Shown here: in pieces, positions 1-16,240 of the stretch | How positions within the stretch are numbered: the stretch's first letter is position 1 | Layout of the letters: every line of letters starts with the position of its first letter | Source of the DNA: the human T2T-CHM13v2.0 reference genome, Homo sapiens | Length of the DNA: 64,000 nt | Assembly (NCBI RefSeq): GCF_009914755.1 | Contig: NC_060941.1 | Reading direction: 5' to 3' (one strand) | The notes under the pieces: generated by a model | Told to the model about the DNA's origin: nothing | The model's input: only the letters and a program-made list of their open reading frames with translations | The model's database searches: none | Program-made: the position numbers and the translations under genes

Positions 1-539
1 TTACTCTTTTTCCCTTAGAAGAATAACAACTTTCCCTTTTCTTAAAATGTGAGACCTGAGAGTAAAGGCATCTGTCAAATAAAGTCATTGAACATTGTAA
101 TGCAGCATTACACTTACGACTATAGCTTCAAGGTACATTTGTTTGACACTCTGGTTCATTGGGTCTTAACAAAAGTAGTCTAATAACATATTTGTGTAAC
201 ATACAGAGATTTCAAAATGTGCACAAACTCTTGGCTGTCAAATGGCAGGCCAAATGGATGCTATTATCCTTGCTTTTTAGATGAAGATTCTGAGGCTCAT
301 TGAACTAATGTGAGTTCCTCAAGTTTACATAGGAAGCAGCAGAACCAGGGGGATTTTTTGTCAGCTCTGTCTAGCGTGAAAACCAGCAGAACATTCAGAA
401 ATTACAAATTCAAATGTTTCTTGTTGGGTTTGGCCTGAGTGCTCTCTCCCACATATGAACACTCACAGTAAGCATTGATTCTACCACTTTTTGCATTTTC
501 TACCCTGAGATGCTATTGTTATTTTAAAATATGGAGACA

Positions 540-1227
540 GTGTAATAGTTTATTTTATGCATCAACTTAGCTAGGCCACAGTACCCAGATATTTGGTCAA
601 ACACCAGTCTAGATGTTGCTAGGAAGGTACTTTTGAAAAGAGATTAACATTTAAATCAGTAGAACAGTAAAGCAGATGACCCTCCATCATGTGGGTGGGC
701 CTCCTCTAGTCAGTCGAAAAGCTTAAGAGACGAGGACTGAGGTCCAGACTGCCTTCGGACTTGAGCTGCAACAGTAACTCTCCTCTGGGTTTCTAGTCTG
801 CCTGCCTGCCCTACATATTTCAGAAATGCCAGCCCCCAAAACTGTGTGAACTAATTTCTTTTTTTGAGATGGAGTCTTGCTCTGTACAGTGGCACAATCT
901 TGGCTCACTGCAACCTCTGCCTCTGGATTCCAGTGATTCTCAAGCCTCAGCCTCCTGAATAGCTGGGATGATGTGTGTGTACCCGCTAATTTTTGTATTT
1001 TGAGTAGAGATGGGTTTCACCACATTGGCCAGGCTGGTTGGTCTTAAACTCCTAACCTCAAGTGATCTGCCTGCCTTGGCCTCCCAAAGTGCTGGAATTA
1101 CAGGCATGAGCCACCGTGCTTGGCCTGTGTCAACTAATTTCTTAAAATAAATCTCTCTCTTTTTCTTTCTCTCTCTCTCTACACATTCTATTAGCTTTGT
1201 TTCTCCAGGGAACCCTGACTAATATAG
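540..1227. mobile_element. MLT2-type (ERVL) solo LTR, interrupted by an Alu
   Basis: TGTAATAGTTTATTTTATGCATCAACTTAGCTAGGCCACAGTACCCAGATATTTGGTCAAACA start and CCCTGACTAATA end resemble MLT2 consensus. Confidence 0.65.
858..1126 (-). mobile_element. Alu (AluS/J-like) inside the MLT2 LTR
   Basis: Antisense Alu body; flanked by near-identical TGTGT(G/C)AACTAATTT. Confidence 0.9.
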
Positions 1228-2474
1228 ACTGCTCCTAATTTATGAAGATAATTTATTTTATAAATGTATTTAAGCTTAGCATATAAGAACCCATGAATTT
1301 ATAATGATACAAAATTTTTTAAACAGAAAAAAATCACCATAGCAAAAAACAAACAACAAAAAAAACTCAAAAAAATTAATAAATTGGACACTACTTGAAG
1401 TAACTAAGGTTTCAACTTCCCGTTCTGAAAATTGACCATTAAAAGGAAAGAGTTAAGCACTGATTCTGTATACATTGCACTGCAGGATAACCAAGCCCTA
1501 ACTGAGAAGGGAAAGTTCTTTACAAAAAAATTCTAGCCAATAAATATGGAAGGACTGATAGAGCTAGAGCTGTTTTCTAACATCGAATGTAATAATTGAT
1601 TCAAGCAATTATCAACAAGGAATGAAACCGTGAGATGAAAGGTAGACGAAGAACTTTACAATGGCTTGATCATGCTTATATTCCCAGAATTCACTCATCA
1701 ATTTGAGTACCACTAAAAGTGGGACAATCACACATTATAAACCTCCCAGTACAAGGATATTTGCAGCAAACAGAACCATCTGGGAAGAATTCTTATCAAA
1801 AAAGATGAGGCTGCATCAGGCCTTTCGCTAATGTCAATGTATAGGAAATATGGCAGATAGAACAAATTAAAGCAGACAGTAAAACAAAAAGACAAACTCC
1901 CAATGGGTAGGCAACTAAGAGTAGAGGAGTGTTACTCATAATTGTACTGGGACAAAAGGTATAAACTGGGGCTGTCTCATGCAAAACTTGAGGCGTGGTC
2001 ACTGTAAGCATGTGGTACATTCTAAAAGATGACTGACCTGGCTTCTGCAAGAAGTCAATGGCATGAGGCAAAGGCAAGAAAGCTTGTTCTAGATTAAAGG
2101 AGAGTTAAGAAATATTAGGACCAAATGTGATGATGGACCAGGTTTGGATTCTGATTTCAACTATTAGGGAAATATGCTGCCATTGACTGGGTTTAGCTGA
2201 TACCAAGAAATCCTTATGTCACAGATACTGTAAGAAAATTGAGGTAATGTGAGAAACTATCCATATTTTTTAGAGATGCATAATGAAATACAGAGGGGTA
2301 AAATGACATGATATATATGATTTTCTTTAAAATATTTTATTAAAGGATAGATTAGGCTAATATGGCAAAATCTTGATAATTACTGGTGATAATTTTATGG
2401 AGACTGTCTACCATTTTCTCTATGTCTTAGTATATCTGAAAATATTCATAATCAAAATAAAAATCTAAATCTGA

Positions 2475-2861
<387 letters not shown>

Positions 2862-3221
2862 TAGTTTATAGAATAATGTTAATATCTAATATACATTGTG
2901 CTTGCTAATGAAGTTCTAAGTACTTTGTATGTTATAGTTAATTTAATTCCATAAGCCCTGGAAGGCAGGTATCTACTGTTATCATTCACATCTTACGTAT
3001 GAGGAAACGGAGGCACTGAGAAATTAGCTACCCAAGGTTATATGTCAAGTGAGTTTAAAGCTAGAGTTTGAACTAGGCAGTATATCACTAGCATCCATAT
3101 ATATTCTTATCCATTCTACTACTTTATGCTTAATGTTAATTTCCAAGAGTAGAGTAGTATTAATTCTTATGTGACATAAAACAGTGAATTGAGATGAAGA
3201 AAAGAAAGAAAGAGCTTTCTT

Positions 3222-3538
3222 TTTTTTTTTTCCTTTATTCTTTTTTTTTTTTTGAGACGGAGTCTTGCTCTGTTGCGCAGGCTGGAGTGCAATGGCGTGA
3301 TCTCCGCTCAATGCAACCTCGCCTCCCGGGTTCAAGTGATTCTCCTGCCTCAGCCTCCCAAGTAGCTGGAGCTACAGGCCCATGCCACCATACACAGCTA
3401 ATTTTTTTTTGTATTTTTATTAGAGACAGGGTTTCACCATGTTGGCCAGGATGGTCTCGATCTCTTGACCTCGTGATCCACACACCTCTGCCTCCCAGAG
3501 TGCTAGGATTACAGGCGTGAGCTATGGCTCCCCGCCCA
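3222..3538 (-). mobile_element. Alu (AluS)
   Basis: Poly-T then antisense Alu; TSD AAGAGCTTTCT on both sides. Confidence 0.92.
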
Positions 3539-4299
3539 GTAAGAGCTTTCTTTTATGGGGAATCTTAGACAAAATTTCAGAACAGATGAGGTTTACCTTG
3601 GCATGTTCCTCTCTCTATCTCTGGGTGCTCCTACCTCCATCTGCATCTCTCCTCATGACCCCAAATGTCTAGTAACTTTAGGCCTTTCTAATTCCTCTGA
3701 TCAGAACTGGCTGACGATGAATGAAGCTCCACATGCCCATTTCACTAGATTCTAGGTAGTGTGGGTCTGGGTTGGGGCCTTGGATGTTGCATTTCTAATA
3801 AGCACTCAGGTGATTTTGATGTAACTTGTCACACTTTTAGAAACAGGGCTGGTGTTTCACTACCCATAAGCGTGCATCGTGCCCTACCTTATATTCTATC
3901 CAAAGTGAACTACTGTTCTCCATTCTAAGAATTTCATCTCCAAGTCAAATTTCAATTCCCTATTCCTTACTTTAACATGAAAGGAAAGAAATGGAATCAG
4001 ACAAATGAATTCACACTAAAATGAGAATAACTAATATCAGCTCCCTCAAAATTCCCAGAATTGTTTGCATTTTCCTAAAAAGAAGATAATTTGCAACCAA
4101 TTTAAAGATCAATTGATGGATGAATGAACTCATTCATTTAATTATTTGACAAATGTGTGTTGAGCGCAGACCATGTGCTGGGCACTGAGAATACAAAGGA
4201 GAATAAGGCATGGCCTCTGGCTGCGAGTTGCTTATGCTAGAGTTGGGAAGAGAGACCAGGAACAAACGATTCTAACATAATGGAAACGTGTCCCTATGG

Positions 4300-4572
4300 A
4301 ACAGAAAACCAAACACCGCATGTTCTCACTCATAGGTGGGAATTGAACAATGAGAACACTTGGACCACAGGGCGGGGAACATCACACCCTGGGGCCTGTC
4401 ATGGGGTGGGGGGTAGGGGGAGGGATAGCATTAGGAGAAATACCTAATGTAAATGACGAATTAATGGGTGCAGCAAAACAACATGTCACATGTATACCTA
4501 TGTAATAAACCTGCACGTTGTGCACATGTACCCTAGAACTTAGAGTATCATAAAAAATAAATAAATAAAAAA
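4300..4572 (+). mobile_element. 5'-truncated L1PA 3' end
   Basis: L1 3'UTR (CACCGCATGTTCTCACTCATAGGTGGGAATTGAACAATGAG...), A-rich tail, TSD GTGTCCCT(A/G)TGGA. Confidence 0.9.
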
Positions 4573-6286
4573 GTGTCCCTGTGGAGTTTAGGACAGGGTT
4601 CTATGGGGTCACAGAACAGGGTTTCCTAATCCAGAGTGGTGGGGAAGGCAAGGGATCAGGAAAGACTGCACTGAGAAGGAGGCACATCGGCTGATCTCTG
4701 AAGTTGCCAGCAAAAATTCCAGAGGCTAAAAAAGGGGAGGGTTTATGTAAGAAACAGAATACTCAAGAAACACCAGAACGGAGTGAGATGGGGGAGGATA
4801 GCAACAAATGAAGCTTGAATATATGGGTGGGGGCCTTTGTAGGAACTGAGGGATGCCTGGGTCAGTCCTTGTGAGTAAATGGGAAGTTCAGCTCACTTGG
4901 GGCTTTTCCTTCTCTTCCCTCCAGCAGTATCACCCTTGGGGAGCCCAGAAAAACATCACAGAAAGGAGAGAGTGGCTTAAGTAAAATTCCAGTTCCTTTC
5001 TTCCTTGAGAAATTAGGAGATGCAAGGCTGAGACCCCTTGCAGCTGACTACTTGGAGGAGTGCTGACAGCCTTTGCTGTTTCGTGGCAAATGGCTAAAAG
5101 GAGCCTACACGGAGTGGGGATTCCAGACCAGCCTCAAACAAGGCTGCTAGCTGAGTCTGATGGGAAGCTGCTGGAAACTTCTGAAAACCCCAGTAAGAGG
5201 CGAGGTGAGTAGCCTGTCTTTGTCTCCCCTTGATCCTTGGAAGTTGAACCTTCAATTCTTGGAAAATTAAACCTTTTTCAGGTTGGCTGAGGGCAATGAC
5301 ATGGCCCAGTTTTCCTTACTATTTACTTCTTTGGCCTTCAGCCAACATCTCAAAGTCAGTCTCCTGAGTCAGGCCAGGACAGTAGTCCCATGTCTGCTGA
5401 TTCTGCAGTAGAGACTGGAAAAATGTGCCCACTTGGTCCCTGCAGGCTGGAAGCACTTGCATCTGCTCAGGCTCCAGCAGAGGCATCCCGACTGCAGTCT
5501 GTTAGCGTGGAGGCTGCATTACGAAATTCTCTCCCAAAGTCCCTTTGCCTTTCTTTCAAACACTTATACAACTAATAGAGATTCATTGTAGAAAAATTGG
5601 AAATTATACCCAAGCATAAAGAAGAACATTTTTACAATTTCCCAGGGTTTAATACCGTGCATGCAATTTTAGGATGTGTGCTTCTAGCATACATATGTAC
5701 ATTATACTTTTTGTAGCCATGGGATCATATTGTACATGCTGTTCAGAAGTTTGCTTTTCTCATTTACTATTATGTGATTATTAGCCTATTACAATGTCAG
5801 TATATTTGTTGCTGCAATGAGGACATACTATTCCATTGTAAAGATGCACCATATGTTATTAAACTATTTTCATTTTTGAACATTTAGCTTGTCACCAATG
5901 TTTTTTTCTTTATTCATCTTTGTATACACTTCTTATAGACTTACTCAACTTTTTCCATAGAGGACATTTTTGCAAGTGGACCTGCTGGGTCAAATGTCTT
6001 CAAATTTTAAAGGCTTTACACATATATATCTGATCAAACGGCCCTATAACTTGTATGAATGCGTACACCCGGTAGCAGTATAAGAGTACTCATTTTCCAT
6101 CATCATCATCATCATCATCATTGCTAATATTTAATGAGCACTTAGTATGGGTCTGGCAAATATCCAAGCATTTTATTCAGAACAATTCATTTAATTGTCA
6201 CAACTCTGCGGTAGATACCATGGTTATTCAACATGTACAATAGGGAAACTGCAGTACATAATTATATTTAGAAAACAGAAATGTAA

Positions 6287-6678
<392 letters not shown>

Positions 6679-7046
6679 TTATAAAAGTTTTGTATTTGTC
6701 TGAATGTTTTCTATGCATATAAAAACATAAAGTGTGTGAATGTACTCTTTTGCTTTTAAACTACAAAAGAGATCATACCACATAGACCATCACACTCCTC
6801 TGCAATCCGGATTTTTCTTCTAACAATATGTCATGGCCATCTTCCCATGGCAGTTCATGCAGATTACCTCATTTGCAGGTGCACGGCATTCCACTGTATG
6901 AATATACCATATTGGTTCATGTGTCTCCCTCATCTTCCCAACCAGGCTGTAAATTTTGCACATCTATAGCATAATCCTATGGCTCTTATCAAAAGTCTGA
7001 GCTCATAGCAAGTGAACACTGAATGGAGAAAGTTATTATTGCTCAG

Positions 7047-7353
7047 TTTTTTTTTGTTTTTTTTTCTTACAGAATCTCGCTCTGTCGCCCCGGCTGGAGT
7101 GCAGTGGCACAATCTCGGCTCACTGCAACCTCTGCCTCCTGGGTTCATGCCATTCTCCTGCCTCAGCCTCCTGAGTGGCTGTGACTATAGGCGCCTGCCA
7201 CTGCGCCTGGCAATATTTTTTTTTTTTGTATTTTTTGTAGAGACAGGGTTTCACCATGTTAGCCAGGATGGGCTTGATCTCCTGACCTCGTAATCTGCCT
7301 GCCTTGACCTCCCAAAGTGCTCGGATTATAGACAGGAGCCACCGCGCCTGGCC
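7047..7353 (-). mobile_element. Alu (AluSc/Y-like)
   Basis: Antisense full dimer. Confidence 0.92.
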
Positions 7354-8169
7354 ATCGATGAGTATTTTTGCGGGAGTCATAACACCTTTGAAGTTTACCA
7401 GTTAGTTGCATCATCAAAAGCATCTAAAGTAGGGTGGAAAAATCACTAGAAGGGCACTTGGGGTCCTGGGTTCTGGCACTGATTCTGCCAGGTGGTATCC
7501 TGAGCAGGGCGCTTTTCCTGTCTGCTTCTTTTCGCTGTTACATTAGTGGTTTGGACTGACAGCCATGGGGGCTTTTTCTAGCTTTGACATCTCATGAATT
7601 TATAAGCCAGAGCAAAACCCACTTTTGTGAGCCATACGGTAAGAATGGGCCTGACAGCTCATGTTCTAAAGAATAATTTTAACTCTTGGTTTGTACACTT
7701 GACATTTTTTGAGATAGAAAAATAAAGAAAGGAGAGCATATGATATGGTCTCAGAGTGAGAGTGAGAAGTGAGCCAAATCTGCCGTATGGTCTCCCAGAA
7801 ACAGTGCAGGGGAAAATCAGTCCATGCTATTTGTTCTTTCCTACTTCAAGCACTTTCCAAACAGATTTGCAACTGAGATTCGAAATGCTGTGTTATGAGG
7901 ACCCAGGAATACTCGAAGTAGGGTCATATGTAAATTTACTTATTTTATTTATAAAGTGAGAAAAAGGTGTCAACTTGTACATACACTATGATCATAAGTA
8001 TGTAAAATATATACTTAGAACAGCAGAAAATACAACAAAATGGTATAGTATAATGTGGGTAATGGGATTATGGGTGATTTCCATTTTTTTTTTTCTCTAC
8101 ACTTTGCTGTATTTTCTCAAAGTTTCCCAAGTGAATAGGCATTACTTTTAGAATCAGAAAAATACAATC

Positions 8170-8467
8170 AGGCTGGGTGCTGTGGCTCCCACCTGTAATC
8201 TCAGCACTTTGGGAGCCTGAGACAGGAGGATCTCTTGAGCCCAGGAGTTTAAGACCAGCCTGGGCAACATAGTAAGACCGCATCTCTACAAAACATTAGC
8301 CTGATGTGGTGGTACTGTAGTTTCAGCTACTCGGGAGACCGAAGTGGGAGGATTACTTGAGCCTGGGAGGTTGAGGCTGCAGTGAGCCATGATTGCACCA
8401 TTGCACTTTCGCTTAGGTGACAGAGCAAGACTCTGTCTCCTCACCAAAAAAAAAAAAAAAAAAAAAA
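8170..8467 (+). mobile_element. Alu (AluJ-like)
   Basis: Sense dimer with poly-A tail. Confidence 0.9.
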
Positions 8468-9075
8468 GGGCGGTCAGAAAAAAAATCTTCAAATATTAAT
8501 TAAAAAAAGAAAATAATCACACAAATGCTACTAGAGGTCACTTTGAGGAGTTAATATCATCATTATCTTCTCTTTCTTTTCCTTCGCTCCATTTTTTAAG
8601 TTTGCCTTAACAAATGTGTATTAATTTTAGAAAGAGAAACAACCCCACTAGGGCAGCTGCTGCTCCAAATTCATTCTCTCCCTCTTTCTTTCTACTGGAA
8701 CCCTGATTTTGTTGGAAATGGCAATGTAACTAACAAAAATCTATACCTTTCAGTCTTCCTTGTAGATAGAAGTAAACATTTAATTAAGTTCTAGCTAATG
8801 AAATATAAGCATACATTGCTGGTTGGGCCTCTCAGCTAACTAAATGGGCTTGTGCCTGTTTGCCTATTCCCTCTTTCTCCCCTCCTGGCCTCAAACTCAG
8901 ACGTAAAGTTTGGAACTGCAGTGGCCAGCCTTTAATGAGAAGACAACCTCAAAGATGAAGTAAAGCTGATAGAACAGAAATAAAGGTGCCTGCAATATTA
9001 GTGGCATGTTGGAGCCACTGCATCTGGCTCAGCCACTTTTCTTCAACATCAGAGTGAAAGAAAGAGAGCAAACTA

Positions 9076-9753
<678 letters not shown>

Positions 9754-10725
9754 CTTCCCCTTGATATTTCAATCACTGTAGCTGTTAGTCATAGCTGAGC
9801 ACAATTTCTAACAAATACACCCACTTAAAAAAAAAAAAAGAAAAACACACACACATCAATTGCTAACTATTGCGAACATCTTATAAAAAGGTTTTAGGGG
9901 CAATGCAATTGAAATTCACTTAAAATTAAGGAAATAAAAGGCAATGTTCTACTAAAAATTAAGGATGGTCCCTGAAGATCCAACACATCTAATATGTTTC
10001 ACATTGTTAAAGTTCCATGCACGGTGGCAAATTCATTATTTTTTACATTTGGGGACAATAAGTTTGTTAATACACGCCAGCAACTAGGAAGTCAATGCAT
10101 CACCATATGCCTGAACTGAGAACATTTGTCACGGTTTACGTTCTTTCTAAAGAGTGCAGAACAGACCTTGACTTGTAGAATCACCAACGCGGGGACAGTT
10201 ACTTGAAATGTCAGATGGAAAACATGTTAGCAAATGGGGTGTGTGCATGCATTCTGTGAAAGGAAAGGCCTCAGCCCCCTGTTAAGCTTCCTGCTGCAGC
10301 TCCCTGATCAACAACAATGCTGTAGCCACGGGCAGTTTTTCAGGACAAATCCTCCTGTCACTAGTTTCCTCATTCAGGGAGGTCAGGTTGGAAATGAGAG
10401 GAAAGATCAGAAACAAAGAAAGAGGCAGGGTCAAACATGCCATAGCCAAAAGGTCCTTGGCATGTTGTTAATTAACTCCACTCCTACTTTTGTGTAGCTG
10501 AGTAAGTGAAGCTAGTGCCTCCTAGGAAGTTAGTGGCTGGGCTAAGAATTAGAACCCCATAACCCCAGGCTGCTGCTCCAAGGTGTAGTCTGTAGAATCA
10601 GGAATATGGATGAGAACCAAGCACAGGGTCAACTGAAGCAGAGGTGTTGGTAATATCAAGTCAAGGGTCGCACCTATTTTCCTGATAGTTCAGTAAAGGC
10701 ACCTCCGCTGAGGAAAAGAAGTTTG

Positions 10726-11031
10726 GGCTGGATGTGGTGGCTCAAGCCTGTAATCCTAGCACTTTGGGAAGCCAAGGCAGGAAGATTGCTTGAGTCCAGG
10801 AGTTTGACGCCAGCCTGGGCAACGTGGTGAAACCCCATCTCTACAAAAAATACAAAAATTAGCCGGGTGTGATGGAGCACACCTGTAGCCCCAGCTACTT
10901 AGGAGGCTGAGGTGGGAGGATCCCTTGAGCCTGGGAAGTCAAGGCTCCAGTGACCCGAGATCGCGCCACTGCACTCCAGCATGGGCAGCAGAGCTCTCTC
11001 TCTCTCAAAAAAAAAAAAAAAAAAAAAAAAA
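10726..11031 (+). mobile_element. Alu (AluJ-like)
   Basis: Sense dimer with poly-A tail. Confidence 0.9.
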
Positions 11032-12705
11032 GCAGCAGCAGCTTGGGTAATTTGGAGCCAAAGTGGGCAGAGAGACAGAAGGACTAATCTGTTGAATCAC
11101 TTTCTCAACCCTCACCTTCCCTGTGCTTGTGGAATTAAGTGTGAATCCTGGCTTTCTCTCCGTGGCCTCATTCATCACAAGACTACCTGCTGCACTTTCC
11201 CAGCCCTCTATGCCTGGGGACATCAAAACAGCCCAACTTATTCTCTCCTGTGTCTAGGAACAGTTTGTTTCCATAGGATAGTATTCTTATGCTACAATGG
11301 ATGTAAAAATCCTCTCTCCTTTTTCCCATGAGAAACAAAGTCATCTCCAAAGGATGGAGAATTCCTGATATGTTCATTTGTTTATTGGGTGCTGCGGGGA
11401 GGTGAAATAGATGTACGAGACACGCACTCCTTTTTTGAGGTGCTTAAGATCCAGCCAGGAAAAAGAACACAGGGGAAAGGACTAGGATTTACAAACTAAC
11501 AGAAGAACTTTCCTTTGTGTATTAAAAAACTCACCAAGGAACTCTGCAAAGCATCCTTAGCAATACAAAAACCAAATTTGAAATGTACTGTTTTTTAATT
11601 TTTTAAAAAAACTTCCTGGATCAAGTTCTTGGCAAAGTTCCCATCCCTACCAATCTAGACCAAAACCTGGGGTTAGATGGGGGAAGATTGGAGGTGGATT
11701 ATGCCCATTACACATAGACAAACTCCAAGGTGATATGGTGGAGTGGTGCAGAGCCGGTCTTCAAAGTGAGGGGTACAAGAAGATTCAAATAATGTACATA
11801 TAATTTATAAGAATATGCGTATGTGTATATGTAATATGTAAGTATATACAAATGTATACTTTTGTATATTTTGTTTGAACACACACACACATACACACTC
11901 ACACGAGTGCTAAAATTATAAGTATATAAGTATATACAAATATAAGTATAGATAAGTGTATACACATGTATACTTTTGTATATTTTGTTTGAACACACAC
12001 ACACAGGCACACACGCACACACACAAGTACTAAAATTATCTTCACTGACAGGAATGCACGATAAAAGGCATTTGAAAGCCACTGGTTTAGAGAACGAGCT
12101 TCAGAGTTCCAGTTGCCTAAAATATATAAAGTTGGGAAGATGACATTACCTCTCAGGGTTACAGTGAAAATTCAGGCAATGTATGCAAAGCGCTTGGTAT
12201 AGTCTTTTTCTGCCACTTGCTAAGCTTTCCAAAGACAGAACTCATGTCTGTTGTGTGCATTGATTGTATCCTTCAGGCCAGGCATAGCATCTGCACAAAG
12301 TAGGTGCTTTACAAATATTTGTCAAATAGATAAGTGGTCTGTAGGTATATCCAATTCTTTGCATGTTTACCGGACCTCCACCTGTATCTGTGCTATACAA
12401 GCAACAAAATTGGAGTACACAGAACTGAGAATAACATTATGATGGAAATGACCTTCAACTCACCCTCTGTATATTAATAGGTAAATCATTCACAAACTTG
12501 GGTAATTTATTATTAGAAACAAACTATTTACAACACACCTGATGGCTGATGGTGATTCACCAGCATGCTACAAACCCATGGATTGGAACCACTGCTATAA
12601 CCATAACTTATTACACTTTGTGATCTAATCTGTTTGGATTCGTTCATGAGACACACTTATAAAAATCTCTGTATAAACAGTGCTTATTTATAAAACCAAT
12701 AATAG

Positions 12706-12995
12706 ACTGGGCGTGGTGGCTCATGCCTGTAATCCCAGCACTTTGGGTGGCCTAGGTAAGGATCGGTTGAGGACAGGAGTTTGAGACAAGCCTGGGCAAC
12801 ATAGTGAGAACCCTGTCTCTATAAATTTTTTTTTTTTTTTTTACAAAGGAAATTATGAGGGGGTAGTGGCAAGCACCCAAGTAGTCCCAGCTACTTGGGA
12901 GGGTCACTTGACCCCAGAAGTTCAAGGCTGCTGTGAATTATGATTGTACCACTGCTTTCCAGCCTGGGCTGTAAGAGCAAGACCCTGTCTCAAAT
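12706..12995 (+). mobile_element. Alu (AluJ-like, T-rich linker)
   Basis: Diverged sense dimer; ACCAATAAT on both flanks. Confidence 0.85.
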
Positions 12996-14450
12996 TTTTG
13001 TTTTTGAAAAAGACCAATAATGGGTAAAAAAGAGAAAATGAATATAAAGTCTAAGAGCAGAAGAGATGTAGATTAAATACAGAGAAATATTCTTGATCGT
13101 GAGAGTTGTCAAATCCAGTCTTGCTGCCATTTAAGAAATCAATTATTCCCCTTTGGCCCCTGGATCTTCTGGTTTTCCTTCTGATCATGTGTATAATGAC
13201 TGCTGCGTATACATTTTTGTCTCCAAAATTCTATAATCATTTTTCTCCCTCCCCGAGTGGCAAACAACTTTTCACAGATACATTTCCTTATAAGAATGTC
13301 TTTATCAATTCTGACAAACAATCCAGATTCCAAATTCCACTGCCACGTTTCCGCTGAGCCACTCTTGGGCAAACCCTCCCTTGGAGCGGCACACTTTTCT
13401 CTCCCTGGGTCTTCCTGATTCCTCCAAGCCAAGTCCTTTTCTTCCTAGTGTCTCCTGAGCTTTGTATTGTACGCCTGTCAACTTCAAATTGCAGTTGAGG
13501 CCACCAGGCTGGCAATGCGTCAAGCAGAGAACCAGCAGATCCCAGCATATGGCTGGTGTTTAATTAAATAATGGCTGAGTACAGAGAAGCCTTGAGAAAA
13601 AAAAAATATGCGCAGACAACTTCCTACTATCTTGGGAGGATGTGAAATAGCTAAAATCTTTCTCAATCCTGGTGTTACAAAACCCTTATCTGGAACACTG
13701 GCAGCCCAAGAAAGTCAAAGTCGAAATAACTGTACAACAGAGGTAGATAATAAGTGATCTCATACTTTCTGTATCTCAATCACTAGTGTCTTCAGGGAAG
13801 ATGACGTAATGAGAAAGAGACTGTTCTTGCTCCTCTTGGGCAATACTTGTCTGTGTCTGCCCTCTAGTTCTCAGGAATTGTTCTAATCAAAGAGATTATG
13901 TTATTTTGCATTCCCCAAAAGTGATGGCAGGGAGAGACAGATCTCAAAAGTGTGACTTTTCTGCACCCACCTTGCTGAATCATCCTGTTGCTCTGCATGG
14001 ATTCTGGGCAGCTATAAAGTTATAGTGTAAACTCAGGACTAAAAGTCAGGATCCCTGGATTCTGCTGATCCCACCCTTTCAACCTAAAGGTGTTTGCATG
14101 ACAGTCTCAAACTCCCTTGTTTCTAAAATAAAAATAACGGTTCCTCCTCTTACAAATCTTCAGGAAGATTAAATGAGGTGTCTGGCATTCACTAAGTGGC
14201 TTTTGAAGTGTATATGGGGTATCGGAAGAGACTTGGATACTTTAGGGATAATTCCGAACTGTCTTTGCTTCACTCTAATAGTTTTGTGCTTGAACCCCAT
14301 AATATCTTTCCTTTGTGATTTGTCCCTAGTCCTTCTCTATGGAACAGAGAGATTTTACCTCTATTCCTCTCAATTATACCTTACATTCCATCTGGCAAAA
14401 CCACAAGCACATTTTTCTACTAAGGATTTTTTCTTCTGTATTCTACCTTC

Positions 14451-14761
<311 letters not shown>

Positions 14762-14782
14762 TACCCTCTTAAAAAAACACAA

Positions 14783-14922
14783 CCTGGTGGTGTGCTCCTG
14801 TAATTCCAGCTACTTGGGAGGCTGAGGCAGGAGGATTGCTTGAACCCAGGAGTTCAAGACCAGCCTGGCCAACATAGTGAAACCCTGTCTCTAAAACAAA
14901 CGAACAAACAAGCAAAACAAAA
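14783..14922 (+). mobile_element. FLAM-like Alu monomer
   Basis: Single monomer ending in (CAAA)n. Confidence 0.8.
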
Positions 14923-15117
14923 CCCCCACAACAAATGGTTACTCAGCTTGTGCAGCATCGATTTCCTAGGCAGCCTCTATTAAGTTTGGCCTTCAAGTTT
15001 CTCCCCCAGACTCTAACTCAGCATAATGTCACATCCAATAGAATCATGTAACTGACCCTAAAGAGCTTTGACATGTTAAACAACTCATTGCACATCCTAA
15101 ACATTCCTTTTAGATAC

Positions 15118-15531
15118 TGAATTAGTTTGTTAGGGCTGTCCTAACAAAGTACTGCAAACCATGTGGCTTAAATAATGGAAATTGATTGCCTCACACTTTT
15201 GGAAAGTCTGAGGTCAAGGCATCAGCCAGGCCATGTTCCTTTTGAAGGTACCACGGAAGGATGTATTCCAAGCCTCTCTTCTACCTTTTGATAGTTCCTT
15301 GGCTTGTGATTGCATAACTCCATTCTTCATATGCATGTATATCTGTGTCCAAAATTCCCTTTTTATAACGACACAGTCCTATTGGATTAGGGGCCCACCA
15401 TACTCCAGTGTGACCTCATCTTAACTAATTATACCGGTAATGACACTATTTCAAAATAAGATTACATCCTGAGGTACAGGGTAAGGACTTCAACATATGA
15501 ATTCTGGGGGGACAAAATTCAACCCATAACA
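15118..15531. mobile_element. MLT1 (MaLR) LTR
   Basis: ATTAGTTTGTTAGGGCTGTCCTAACAAAGTAC...GGGGACAAAATTCAACCCATAAC matches MLT1 ends. Confidence 0.75.
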
Positions 15532-15913
15532 GACACTACGTTTTCTTTCCAAATTTCTACAGCACGTGACAGCTGTCTAACCTTTCATGCCCCTTCCCCT
15601 CAACACCCCCATAAATGTGTCTAAACTATCCTGAGCTGTCTCTAGCCAGCAGGTCATGAAGTCCTCTACTTATTTTCATCTTATTTGCTGGTAGTGGCCT
15701 CATTTTTTTTGAAATATCACAATATGCCAGATACTTTATGTGTGTGATTCTAAACCTTGACCATCTTAAGATTATATCCATTTTTTTTTTTTAGAGATGA
15801 GGTCTTGCTATGTGGCCTAGCCTCATCTCAGACTCCTGGGCTCAAGGTATATATCATTTTTTTAGTTGAGGAAAAAGGCTCAGGAAGTTAATTGATGCAC
15901 AAAATGTTAAACA

Positions 15914-16240
<327 letters not shown>

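Noticed and set aside
5199-5211. Strong plus-strand donor GAG|GTGAGT
   Set aside because: Isolated motif with no supportable matching exon or ORF
13800-13811. CRE/PAR-like ATGACGTAAT motif
   Set aside because: A single short motif is not enough to call an enhancer from sequence alone
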